DNA from: an uncultured Gemmatimonadales bacterium
Lineage (GTDB): Bacteria > Gemmatimonadota > Gemmatimonadetes > Gemmatimonadales > GWC2-71-9
Length of the DNA: 64,000 nucleotides
Direction: 5' to 3'
NCBI GenBank assembly: GCA_963795085.1
Contig: CAWCFX010000004.1
Span: forward strand, 96,001 to 160,000
The notes below the pieces were generated by a model, which had not been told where the DNA came from, did no database searches, and saw nothing but the letters and a program-made list of their open reading frames with translations. The translations under genes were made by a program, and so were the position numbers. Below are positions 28,328-36,881 of the stretch, piece after piece; the first letter of the stretch is position 1, and each line of letters opens with the position of its first letter.

Positions 28328-30013
28328 CTATCGGCCCTGGCCCCGGTAAACGACGCGGCCGCCCGCAATGGTCATCAACACCCGGGTACCTCCCACCGCC
28401 TCGGGAGCTACCATGAAGAGATCCCGCTCGAGGAGAACCAGATCGGCCAGCTTGCCGACCGACACCGATCCGGTGAGACTGTCCGCGAACCGGGCATGCG
28501 CTCCATTGATGGTGTAGGCCAGCAGTAGCGCCTGGAGACCAGCTCGCTCTTCCGGTATCCACGCCGTTCCCCGGCCTTCATCGAGTCCGCGCCGTGTCAT
28601 CGCCACCTGGATGGCCTCCAGCGGGTTCATGGTACTCACCGACCAGTCGCTGCCGGCCACCACCGTGGCGCCGCTCTGAATCATACTTTGGATCGGATAC
28701 AGCCAGCGCGACCGGGCCGGGCCCAGCACCGGAATGGTCAGTTCAGTTATATACGGATCGGCGGAGGCCCAGAAGGGCTGGAAATTGGCGATGACCCGAA
28801 GGGCCTTGAAACGGGGGATATCCCCCGGGTCGATCAGTTCCAGGTGCGCAATCTGGTGCCGGGAATCCCGGATCCCATTGACCGACCGGGCCCGAGCAAA
28901 GGCATCGAGGGCCATCCGGATGGCCCGGTCGCCGATGGCGTGAACATGGACCTGGATTCCGGCCCGGTCCAGGCGGGCCACCAGGTCGTCGAGTTCTTCC
29001 TGCGGCAGGGTGGGTTCCCCCCGTGAACCGGGCGAGCCAAGGTATGGCTCCAGCAGCGCGGCGGACCGGGCTTCGATCACCCCATCCAGAAAGATCTTGG
29101 CGCTGTTCGCGCTCAGCCGCTCGCCACGGAACCGGTCCCGCACTCGAACCAGCCCTTCCACATCGGGAGGCCCGGCGTCCAGGTCCAGTTGCTGGGCAAC
29201 CGTGATCCGGACCGGCAGGCGGCCCAGGGAATCCATGAGGCGATACGCGTCCAGCATGGCGGAGTCGCCGTTGGCGTCGATCAACGCGGTGATGCCGAAG
29301 CTCGAGGCAAGAGCAAAGGCTCGGTCGAACCCCTCGATGTAATCGTCGGTGGTGTACTCGGGAAGCAGGCGCTCCACCAGCCGCATCGCCGACTCGCGGA
29401 GTGCGCCGGTAGGCGCGCCGGTGGCATCACGCTCGATCCGTCCTCCTGGCGGGTCCCGGGTTTCGCGGCCCAGGCCGGCCAACTGTATCGCCTTCGAATT
29501 GATCCACGCGGAGTGGCCGTCGGCCGCGGTCAGAAAGACGGGGCGGTTCGCGACGGCCTGGTCCAGCAGCGTCGCCTTCGGATTGGCCGCGGGAAACATC
29601 GGCAGCGCCCATCCGGTACCCCGGACCCATGGTGCATCGGGCCTGGCTCGGGCGCATTCCCCAACCGTCGCCAGGGCCTGCTGGGGAGTAGAATCTCGGC
29701 TCAGATCGCATTCGCCGAGTTCAACTCCGGAATAGGGGTGCACATGGCTGTCGACAAAGCCCGGCAACAGCATCCTCCCCCGTCCGTCCACCACTTCCGT
29801 GGATGTCCCGATGTGCCGCCGAATCCCGCTGTCAGGGCCGGCGAACACGATCCGCCCGTCACGAATCGCCACTGAACCGGACGCGGTTCCCGGCGACGCA
29901 ACGGGATCGCCGCTGAAGATGGCCGCGTTTCGAATAACCAGGTCGGCCGCCGGCTCCGCTCCTGCGCCGCATCCGGTCAGAAGCAGCAGGGCGGCGAGCC
30001 GGCGGCGGTTCAT
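28328..30013 (-). CDS. YtcJ-like (amidohydro_3) amidohydrolase lipoprotein
   Basis: Lipobox LTGC; PGFVDSHVH, DGHSAWINS, KIFLDG, HAIGDRA, HLEL, GSDW, GKLADLV. Confidence 0.88.
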   Translation of the reverse strand: MNRRRLAALLLLTGCGAGAEPAADLVIRNAAIFSGDPVASPGTASGSVAIRDGRIVFAGPDSGIRRHIGTSTEVVDGRGRMLLPGFVDSHVHPYSGVELGECDLSRDSTPQQALATVGECARARPDAPWVRGTGWALPMFPAANPKATLLDQAVANRPVFLTAADGHSAWINSKAIQLAGLGRETRDPPGGRIERDATGAPTGALRESAMRLVERLLPEYTTDDYIEGFDRAFALASSFGITALIDANGDSAMLDAYRLMDSLGRLPVRITVAQQLDLDAGPPDVEGLVRVRDRFRGERLSANSAKIFLDGVIEARSAALLEPYLGSPGSRGEPTLPQEELDDLVARLDRAGIQVHVHAIGDRAIRMALDAFARARSVNGIRDSRHQIAHLELIDPGDIPRFKALRVIANFQPFWASADPYITELTIPVLGPARSRWLYPIQSMIQSGATVVAGSDWSVSTMNPLEAIQVAMTRRGLDEGRGTAWIPEERAGLQALLLAYTINGAHARFADSLTGSVSVGKLADLVLLERDLFMVAPEAVGGTRVLMTIAGGRVVYRGQGR

Positions 30014-31626
30014 CGCGTTCCGGCCCGGAATTTCCACTCCGGCAGGTCACTCAGCCAGGAATACGGATTAATGGTGACCGGCTCCAGTCTCCGGGTAACC
30101 GCGGCAATGTTGGTCGGCGCAAACAGGAAGACTGCCGGCACATCGGCATTCAACGTATCGAGTACGGCGCGGTAGAGTCGTCCTGCCTCCGCGGGCTGGA
30201 CGCTTCGGGAGGCAGCCGTCAGCAGAGAGTCCAGCGAAGGATTGTGGTAGTGGCCGTAGTTCAGGTCCGACCACCCCTGGCGACTCCACTGATCGGCCAG
30301 GCCCCGGGGACTGGGCTCGTCCAGCCATGCCCCGACGAACGCCTCGAAGTTTCCTGCCGCGATCCGCTGTTGCATGACCGGAAAATCCACAAGGGTCACG
30401 ACACCGGCGACGCCGGTGGCCTTCCATTGGGCCTGGACCGCCTCGGCTGCGCGGCGCCGGGCGGGACTCGTCGAGGGAACCAGGATCTCCAGCCGGAGCG
30501 GCCGCCCCGCGCGGGTGCGCATGCCGTCGGCCCCCCGGATCCAGCCGGCCGCATCGAAGGCCGCCGCCGCCGCCGCCGTGTCGTATGGCAGCGGCTTCAC
30601 ACTGCTGTCCCAGATCCAGAGCAACTGCGAGATCGGCCCCGGCGGGACCTTCGTCTCCGGCCCGAACACGGCGCGGGCGACGGTGGTCCGGTCAATCGAC
30701 TGCACCAGGGCTCGCCGGAGATTCCGGTTGGAGAGAATCGCATCCGAGGCGCGCGGACGGTCACCGGCCAACCGGAAGCCGATCAGGCCGTAGGAGGCCG
30801 AGGGGTAGGGCACCAGCCGGAAGGCCGAGTCGTGGGCCAGTTGTTCGGCACCGGCCAGGGCGGCCGTCTCCAGCAGGTCGGCTTCGTGGCTCAGGAGCAG
30901 GTTGGCGGCGGCCTCCGGATCGCCGGCGAACCGCCACGCCACGCGGCGGATGTCTGGCGGGAGCGCCACGGTCGTGTCCGCGATCAAGGTCAGGGACTGG
31001 CCCCGCTGCCAACTGGCAAAACGGTAGGGACCGCTGCCTATCAGGCGCCCGCCAGTCGTATCGTCAGCCCAGGCAGCACGGGGACCTGCCTGCTCCCACA
31101 CGTGCCGGGGAATGATCCGCACGTGGTAAGTGGCGTCATACAGCTGTTCAGCATAGGGATGCGTGAAGCGCACCAGCACCGTGGCACTGTCCGCCGCCTC
31201 TACCGAGGCGATACTCGCCAACTGGGATCGGGGCGCCGCATCGAGGACCGAGTCGCGGAACACGTCAAAGGAGTAGACCACGTCGCTGGCAGTCACCGGC
31301 TGGCCGTCATGCCACCGGGCGCCGGAGCGCAGGGTAAACCGCCAGGTGAGCGAATCCACCCGTGCCCACTTGGTCGCCAGACCTGGGGCATAAGCCGTTT
31401 CGTCCATGGTAGGCCGGCGCGGAAGCAGATCAGCGAGCCGTTCGTAAATCAAATCTCCCACATCGCGCCCCACCGACTCGTACGTCAGCGGCGGGAAGAT
31501 GCTGGATGGTTCCCCGACTGCGGCGACCACCAGGGTTCCGCAGGTGGCACAGGAAGGCGTTCGGTCGCAGCCGGCCAAGAACAGGAGGATCCCCGGCAAG
31601 GCCAGGCTAATACGGAAAGTGCGCAT
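30010..31626 (-). CDS. Family 5 (peptide/nickel) ABC substrate-binding lipoprotein, no adjacent permease
   Basis: Lipobox LAGC; W.F.LR....WHDG.PVTA.DV.YSF, GSGPY, RRAL..SIDR. Confidence 0.88.
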   Translation of the reverse strand: MRTFRISLALPGILLFLAGCDRTPSCATCGTLVVAAVGEPSSIFPPLTYESVGRDVGDLIYERLADLLPRRPTMDETAYAPGLATKWARVDSLTWRFTLRSGARWHDGQPVTASDVVYSFDVFRDSVLDAAPRSQLASIASVEAADSATVLVRFTHPYAEQLYDATYHVRIIPRHVWEQAGPRAAWADDTTGGRLIGSGPYRFASWQRGQSLTLIADTTVALPPDIRRVAWRFAGDPEAAANLLLSHEADLLETAALAGAEQLAHDSAFRLVPYPSASYGLIGFRLAGDRPRASDAILSNRNLRRALVQSIDRTTVARAVFGPETKVPPGPISQLLWIWDSSVKPLPYDTAAAAAAFDAAGWIRGADGMRTRAGRPLRLEILVPSTSPARRRAAEAVQAQWKATGVAGVVTLVDFPVMQQRIAAGNFEAFVGAWLDEPSPRGLADQWSRQGWSDLNYGHYHNPSLDSLLTAASRSVQPAEAGRLYRAVLDTLNADVPAVFLFAPTNIAAVTRRLEPVTINPYSWLSDLPEWKFRAGTR

Positions 31627-31727
31627 GGATTGTATGGATAAGGAGGGAATAAGGACCGGTCGCACATCATCTCACTTTTTCGGAGGAATCTCAAGCTCGC
31701 CCTGTTAGTATCACTATATTACGACGA

Positions 31728-31750
31728 TGTAACAAACTGATCCGGTTACA
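31728..31750. promoter_or_regulatory. Candidate upstream activator sequence for a sigma54 activator
   Basis: Perfect palindrome TGTAAC-N11-GTTACA about 70 bp upstream of a -24/-12 motif. Confidence 0.55.
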
Positions 31751-31820
31751 GGGAAGCCGCCGGCGTGGATACCATTCGTAAGCGCATATACTAAAAGAAG
31801 ATAGCTCAACTATCCTGGAT

Positions 31821-31835
31821 GGGCACCGGGATTGC
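31821..31835 (+). promoter_or_regulatory. sigma54 (-24/-12) promoter
   Basis: GGGCAC-CGGGA-TTGC (GG-N10-GC). Confidence 0.65.
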
Positions 31836-31876
31836 CATTGCGGGGGACGGAAAGCCGTTGAACCCCTCGAGTAAGG

Positions 31877-32665
31877 ATGGATCCCATGACATACCCGACT
31901 TTGCATTTCCTCGGCGCCCTGGCCCTGGCTGGTAGCCTGGTCGCCTGTGACTCCGCCTCCCCAATAGGCGGCGGCGGCCAGTTGAGCCTCAATGTCTCCA
32001 GCCGGGCGGCGGCGGGAACCGCCATTTCTCCCCCGTCGGCTCCGGATACGCTGGTGGATGCCAGCGGCAATGTCCTGGTCCTGACGCACGTTGAAATCGT
32101 CCTTCGGGACATCGAGTTTCGCCGCCAGAACCACGACGACTGCGACAGCGTCAATCCGGGCAGCGATGATTGCGAGGAGTTTGCAGCCGGCCCCGTGGTG
32201 CTCGATCTGCCGCTCGGGGCGGGCGTCTCCACCGGGTTCGTGGTATCCGTGGACAGCGGCGTATTTTCCGAACTGGAGCTCAAGATTCACAAGCCCGAGG
32301 ACGATGGCGACCAGCAGGATCGCGCCTTCCTGGCCCTGCACCCCGACCTGGCGGACGTGAGCATCCGGGTCACCGGCAGCTTCAACGGTACCGCCTTTAC
32401 CTTCGTCACCGATCTCGGTGCCGAGCAGGAGATCGTACTTTCGCCGCCGGTCGTAGTGACGTCCCGGTCGGACGTGGCCGTCACCCTCCGGGTGGACGTC
32501 GCGAGGTGGTTCCTGAGCGGAGCGGTGCTGGTGGACCCGGCGCTGGCGCTCAAGGGGGGCACCTTCGAAGGGCTCGTCAAGAACAATATCGAAGCTTCCT
32601 TCGCCGCGTTCCGAGACGACAACCGGAACGGGCGGGACGATGGCCAGGATGATCGCAGCAGTTAG
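31877..32665 (+). CDS. Hypothetical acidic lipoprotein (beta-rich)
   Basis: Lipobox LVAC; Cys pair in HDDCDS...DDCEEF; Asp-rich tail DDNRNGRDD. Confidence 0.75.
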   Translation: MDPMTYPTLHFLGALALAGSLVACDSASPIGGGGQLSLNVSSRAAAGTAISPPSAPDTLVDASGNVLVLTHVEIVLRDIEFRRQNHDDCDSVNPGSDDCEEFAAGPVVLDLPLGAGVSTGFVVSVDSGVFSELELKIHKPEDDGDQQDRAFLALHPDLADVSIRVTGSFNGTAFTFVTDLGAEQEIVLSPPVVVTSRSDVAVTLRVDVARWFLSGAVLVDPALALKGGTFEGLVKNNIEASFAAFRDDNRNGRDDGQDDRSS

Positions 32666-32858
32666 GCGGCAGCCTGCTCCGCGAACGGAGAAGGCGGGTG
32701 GGACTCGGTCGAGTCCTGCCCGCCCCTCCGGCATTCCGGCCCGCTGTGATGGCATTGCGTACACACCTGGAACGAAGCAATGCAGTTGATCCGGAAGGTT
32801 ACCGCCGCTTCCCCCGGAACATCGTTGATTCTCATGGACTTGAACGCAGTGAGGCCAA

Positions 32859-32873
32859 TGGAACAGGGGTTGC
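32859..32873 (+). promoter_or_regulatory. Possible sigma54 promoter ahead of the activator gene
   Basis: TGGAAC-AGGGG-TTGC; if real, translation must start at ATG 32895 rather than 32877. Confidence 0.45.
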
Positions 32874-32876
32874 CTC

Positions 32877-34220
32877 ATGTCTGAACGGCGCTGGATGGTC
32901 GTGATCCGTCTCTCCGACAGTTTTCGCGCGACCCTGGCCGACCTCGCCGCCCAGCTGGGGGCAACCCTGCTGGAGTGGACCCCCAAACCCGACGAGCCGG
33001 TACCCGGGGAGGGCGGACCGCTGCTCATTCTCGCCGGTGGCGCGGAGAGCGACGCCCTGGATCTGCTGGAGATGCTGGCCGCCGCGCCGGCGCCCAAGAT
33101 CGTCATTGGGAGCCTGGCGGACCATCGGGTGGCGGCGGTCGCGGTGCAACGGGGCGCGACCGACTATTTCGCTCTCCCCCAGGATCTCGATGTCCTGCGC
33201 CGCTCGCTGGAGCGGGAGCTCCGGGAGACGCGGGGCCGGTCGGCGGCGAAGCGCTACGCCGAAGAGGAGCGGCAGGCCAGCGGATTTGGCGTGATCGTGG
33301 GACGGAGCCCGGCCCTGATGGCCATGCTCGACCAGGCCGCCCGGGTGGCCTCCCATCCCGACGTCACGGTGATGATCGGAGGGGAGACCGGGACCGGCAA
33401 GGAACTGCTGGCCCGGGCCATCCACTACCACAGCGGGCGGGCGGCGGCGCCTTTCGTCGAGATCAACTGCGCGGCCATTCCGGCCACCCTGCTCGAGAGC
33501 GAGCTCTTCGGGCATGAAAAGGGATCCTTTACCGGCGCTATCGCCGCCAAGCCGGGACTGTTCGAGATGGCCCATGGCGGCACCCTCTTCCTCGACGAGG
33601 TGGGCCATATCCCGGTGGAGCTGCAGGCCAAGCTGCTCCGCGCGCTGGAAAGCCGGGAAATTCGCCGGGTCGGCGCCCAGACGACGCGACACATCGACGT
33701 AAGGGTCATCGGCGCCACCCATGTGAACCTGGCGACGGCCGTGGCCCGGGGCGAGTTCCGGGAGGACCTGTACTACCGGCTCAACGTGGTCAGCCTGACG
33801 CTGCCTCCACTCCGGAGCCGGGAGGGGGATGTGGATCTGCTCGCCGAAACCTTCGTCGCGCGGCTGGCCACCAGCAACCGGCTTCCGGTGCCGCCGCTCA
33901 GCCCGGAGGTGCGGCTGGCCCTCCGCAGCCACGCGTGGCCCGGGAACGTTCGGGAGCTGCGGAACGCCATCGAGCGGGCCCTGGTCCTGTCGCCGCCGGG
34001 CACCCTGCGGGTGGAGGAACTGGGACTGGCGCGCAACGTGGCAGTGGCCGCCGGCGGATCGGCGCTGCCGTTCCCTGCCGACCTGGCCACCATCATCCGG
34101 TCGGCCGTGGTCCTGATGCTCAAGCAGTGTGGTGGAAATAAGAGCGAGGCATCCCGGCGGCTGGGAATTTCCCGCCCCCGGCTGCAGCGCCTGCTGGATG
34201 GCAAGGATAACTCTGACTGA
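32877..34220 (+). CDS. sigma54-dependent Fis-family enhancer-binding protein with a degenerate receiver-like N-terminus
   Basis: GETGTGKE, ESELFGHEKGSFTGA, FLDE, FREDLYYRL, WPGNVREL, C-terminal HTH GNKSEASRRLGISR. Confidence 0.92.
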   Translation: MSERRWMVVIRLSDSFRATLADLAAQLGATLLEWTPKPDEPVPGEGGPLLILAGGAESDALDLLEMLAAAPAPKIVIGSLADHRVAAVAVQRGATDYFALPQDLDVLRRSLERELRETRGRSAAKRYAEEERQASGFGVIVGRSPALMAMLDQAARVASHPDVTVMIGGETGTGKELLARAIHYHSGRAAAPFVEINCAAIPATLLESELFGHEKGSFTGAIAAKPGLFEMAHGGTLFLDEVGHIPVELQAKLLRALESREIRRVGAQTTRHIDVRVIGATHVNLATAVARGEFREDLYYRLNVVSLTLPPLRSREGDVDLLAETFVARLATSNRLPVPPLSPEVRLALRSHAWPGNVRELRNAIERALVLSPPGTLRVEELGLARNVAVAAGGSALPFPADLATIIRSAVVLMLKQCGGNKSEASRRLGISRPRLQRLLDGKDNSD

Positions 34221-34235
34221 AACCGGGATGCGTAT

Positions 34236-34883
34236 ATGCAATACCTGCTGACGATACTTTCGCCCCGCGGCCAGTCCGGCCTGGGATCTCTGGCCGTCGT
34301 CGCCGCGCTGACGCTGCTCGGCGGGTGCACCGCATCCGAACCCAGCGACGGATCCTCGACCCGCCCCCCGGGCGATCTCACCATCCTCCGGCTGGCCCAG
34401 GGAACGCCGCCCCTGGTGACGGACTCGGTCGGGTTCTGGGCCGTGTACGACGAGGACCGCGAGGTCCGCATCGATATCGCGCCAAACACCGACTACCTAA
34501 AGTTCCGGGTGGACAAATTCTCCCTGTACCGCCGGCCCAACGGCTCCCTGTTCGGCCCCGGGGATTCGGTATTCATCTCCGTCAAGGTCCTCGATCCCGA
34601 TGAGCTCCAGTTCGAGTTCTCGCCGGCGGGGCTTCGGTTCAATCCCGCCAAGCCCGCGGAGCTCAGCCTCGATTACGACTTCGCCGGGTTCACCATCCCC
34701 GGTGATTACGACGGGGACGGAGACGACGACGCCGAGGACGAGGCCCTTGAATCCAACCTGGCGGTCTGGAAGCAGGAGACGCCGGGAGACCTGTTCGACC
34801 GGCTGAGCGGGTTCATCGAGTTCGAGTTCGACGAGATCGAGGTCGAGATCACCAGTTTCACCCGGTACGCGCTGGCCTACTGA
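34236..34883 (+). CDS. Hypothetical lipoprotein, ZU5-like fold suspected (paralog of 36138-36839)
   Basis: Lipobox LGGC; FEFSPAGLRF..PAELSLDY; DYDGDGDDD acidic loop; ends SFTRYALAY. Confidence 0.75.
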   Translation: MQYLLTILSPRGQSGLGSLAVVAALTLLGGCTASEPSDGSSTRPPGDLTILRLAQGTPPLVTDSVGFWAVYDEDREVRIDIAPNTDYLKFRVDKFSLYRRPNGSLFGPGDSVFISVKVLDPDELQFEFSPAGLRFNPAKPAELSLDYDFAGFTIPGDYDGDGDDDAEDEALESNLAVWKQETPGDLFDRLSGFIEFEFDEIEVEITSFTRYALAY

Positions 34884-34891
34884 GCGAGACC

Positions 34892-35890
34892 GTGAACACT
34901 TTTATCCCCGCCCCCGACGATCCAGCCGGCAGCCTCCGGGTGCTGCTCGCCGAGGGTCGCTTCGCGGAGGTGCTGGAGGAGTACTGGAGCCGTGAAGGCG
35001 AACGGACGCCGGACGCCAGCTTGATGGCCGCTACCGCCTCCACCCGTCTCGGTGACCTGCCGATGGCGGCGGATCTGGCCGGGCAGGCGCTGGACCGTTT
35101 CCGCGCCCGGGCCGACGACGATGGCCGCATGCGGACGCTCAATCTGCTCGGCGTGATCGAGTTCGAACGGGGGAACCTGGACCGGTCCCGCTACTGCTTT
35201 ACCGAAACGCTCGGACTGGCGCGTGCGCTCAAGGACACCCTGATGACCGCCCGGGCCTGCAACAACCTCGCGTCCATCGCGGACCTCCAGGGCGACGGCC
35301 CGGGCGCGCTGACCCTGTACCGGTCGGCCCTGCTCAGCTACCAGCGGCTCGGCGACCGCCGGGGCACCGCCGAATCGTACCACAACCTCGGCATTGTCTT
35401 CCGGCAGATGGAAAACTGGGGGGAAGCCCTTTCGGCGTCCGACCAGGCAATTCGCCACGCGGCCACCCTCGCCGAGCAGGCCATCCTGGGGCTGGCGGTC
35501 ATGGGACGGGCCGAGATCGACCTGCATCGAGGGGAACGGGAGATGGCGCGCCAGGGGCTGGAATGGGCGGCCGTGCTCGCGGAGCGGGGTGGGGACGAAC
35601 TGGGGGTCATTGAGGTCAATCTCCTACGAGCCAGTCTCGCGGGAATGGAGCAGGATTGGCCACGGGCAACCCGCGAAGCAGAACAGGCCCGTAACGCTGC
35701 CATCGCCGCGCGTGCGGCGGTACTCCAGGCCCAATGTGCCGCGGTTTCAGCGGTGGGCTTCAAGGCCGTGATGCGGCTGGACGAGGCGGTAGAACGAAAG
35801 GCCGAGGCCGAACGGCTATTCCGGGCCCAAGGCGCTATCCGGCGGCTCGCTGAATTTGGGCGGCGGTGGGAAGCCACGACGTTGCTGTAA
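34892..35890 (+). CDS. Tetratricopeptide-repeat protein
   Basis: Repeated helical units NLLG..., NNLASI, YHNLGIV, Ala/Leu-rich; no signal peptide. Confidence 0.8.
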   Translation: MNTFIPAPDDPAGSLRVLLAEGRFAEVLEEYWSREGERTPDASLMAATASTRLGDLPMAADLAGQALDRFRARADDDGRMRTLNLLGVIEFERGNLDRSRYCFTETLGLARALKDTLMTARACNNLASIADLQGDGPGALTLYRSALLSYQRLGDRRGTAESYHNLGIVFRQMENWGEALSASDQAIRHAATLAEQAILGLAVMGRAEIDLHRGEREMARQGLEWAAVLAERGGDELGVIEVNLLRASLAGMEQDWPRATREAEQARNAAIAARAAVLQAQCAAVSAVGFKAVMRLDEAVERKAEAERLFRAQGAIRRLAEFGRRWEATTLL

Positions 35891-36069
35891 CTACCTCACC
35901 ACAAACCGCTAGACGCCCACCGCCATTCACCCTGCTTCCCAACCTTCGTACTGCAGAAGCTGGCATCCATAGTCGTAAACTGGTCATAAACGACAATAAG
36001 TGCTCGGTAGTTACCCCTATAAACTCATGGATTTGCAGTACTTGGCAAGCAATTCCATATGATAGAAGA

Positions 36070-36084
36070 TGGTACATCTATTGC
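36070..36084 (+). promoter_or_regulatory. sigma54 (-24/-12) promoter
   Basis: TGGTAC-ATCTA-TTGC followed by CATT, as in the 31821 promoter; sits in an AT-rich intergenic region. Confidence 0.65.
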
Positions 36085-36137
36085 CATTCAACTAGCGGGG
36101 GAAGGTCGAGGCAAACGGCAGAACTGGGAGAATCGAA

Positions 36138-36839
36138 ATGTCCGACAGGATCGAGAACAGGTCACCATTCCTCATGCTGGGGGGTGGATGGATAGCCCTG
36201 CTGACCATGGCCCTGCTGGGCTGCAATGGGGACGGCCTGGCGCCGGCCGACACACCTCAATCTGTGCCGGAAACCCGGCCCGAGGCGGATCTCACGGTCC
36301 TTACGATCTCGCAGCCGCCTGCGCTGGTTGCTGATTCGGTCAGCTTCTGGGCGGTGAAGGGGAAGAACCGGTTCGCCGAAATGTTCTTCGCCGACAGCCT
36401 GGGCCACCCCGCCGACCGGCTCCTGCGCTTCTATGTCGATGGAAAGTCCCTGTACCGGTATCCGGATGGGAAGAAGTTCGGAAGCAAGGACTCGGTACTG
36501 ATTACGATCCGGGTGACCGATCCCCGGACGCTCGCTTTCGAGTTCGAACCCTCGGGGCTTCAGTTCAAGGACAAGGAACCGGCGATCCTGACTGTGAACT
36601 ATGCCCGTGCGGTTACCCAGCCGGGTCCGGTTTCCCGGCACGATGACGACGATGACGACGATGACGACGATGTCGAGGATGACGACGACCAGTCTTCAGT
36701 CATAGAAGCCGACCTGGCCCTCTGGGTACAGGAGCAGTTGGCGGCGGACTACTCCCGGATCACCACGCTCGTCGACACCACCGCGAAGCAGGTCATCGGA
36801 GAGGTCCCCGGGTTCAGCAAGTACGCGGTGGCCTATTGA
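36138..36839 (+). CDS. Hypothetical lipoprotein with poly-Asp tract (paralog of 34236-34883)
   Basis: Lipobox LLGC; DSVSFWAV, SLYRYPDG, FEFEPSGLQF, poly-D run; ends GFSKYAVAY. Confidence 0.75.
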   Translation: MSDRIENRSPFLMLGGGWIALLTMALLGCNGDGLAPADTPQSVPETRPEADLTVLTISQPPALVADSVSFWAVKGKNRFAEMFFADSLGHPADRLLRFYVDGKSLYRYPDGKKFGSKDSVLITIRVTDPRTLAFEFEPSGLQFKDKEPAILTVNYARAVTQPGPVSRHDDDDDDDDDDVEDDDDQSSVIEADLALWVQEQLAADYSRITTLVDTTAKQVIGEVPGFSKYAVAY

Positions 36840-36840
36840 T

Positions 36841-36878
36841 GAAGTGAGAAGTGAGAGGTTGTTCACCTCTCACCTCCC
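36841..36878. terminator. Heptamer-built hairpin between convergent genes
   Basis: GAAGTGAGAAGTGAGAGG followed by TTCACCTCTCACCTC; same GTGAGAAGTGAG unit as at 17152 and 17541. Confidence 0.55.
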
Positions 36879-36881
36879 GCT

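Noticed and set aside
36041..36058. TTGGCAAGCAATTCC as another sigma54 promoter
   Set aside because: No GC at the -12 position with GG-N10-GC spacing; the motif at 36070 fits properly
35866..36195. Short ORFs in the AT-rich gap
   Set aside because: Atypical codon usage; region better explained as promoter and enhancer DNA
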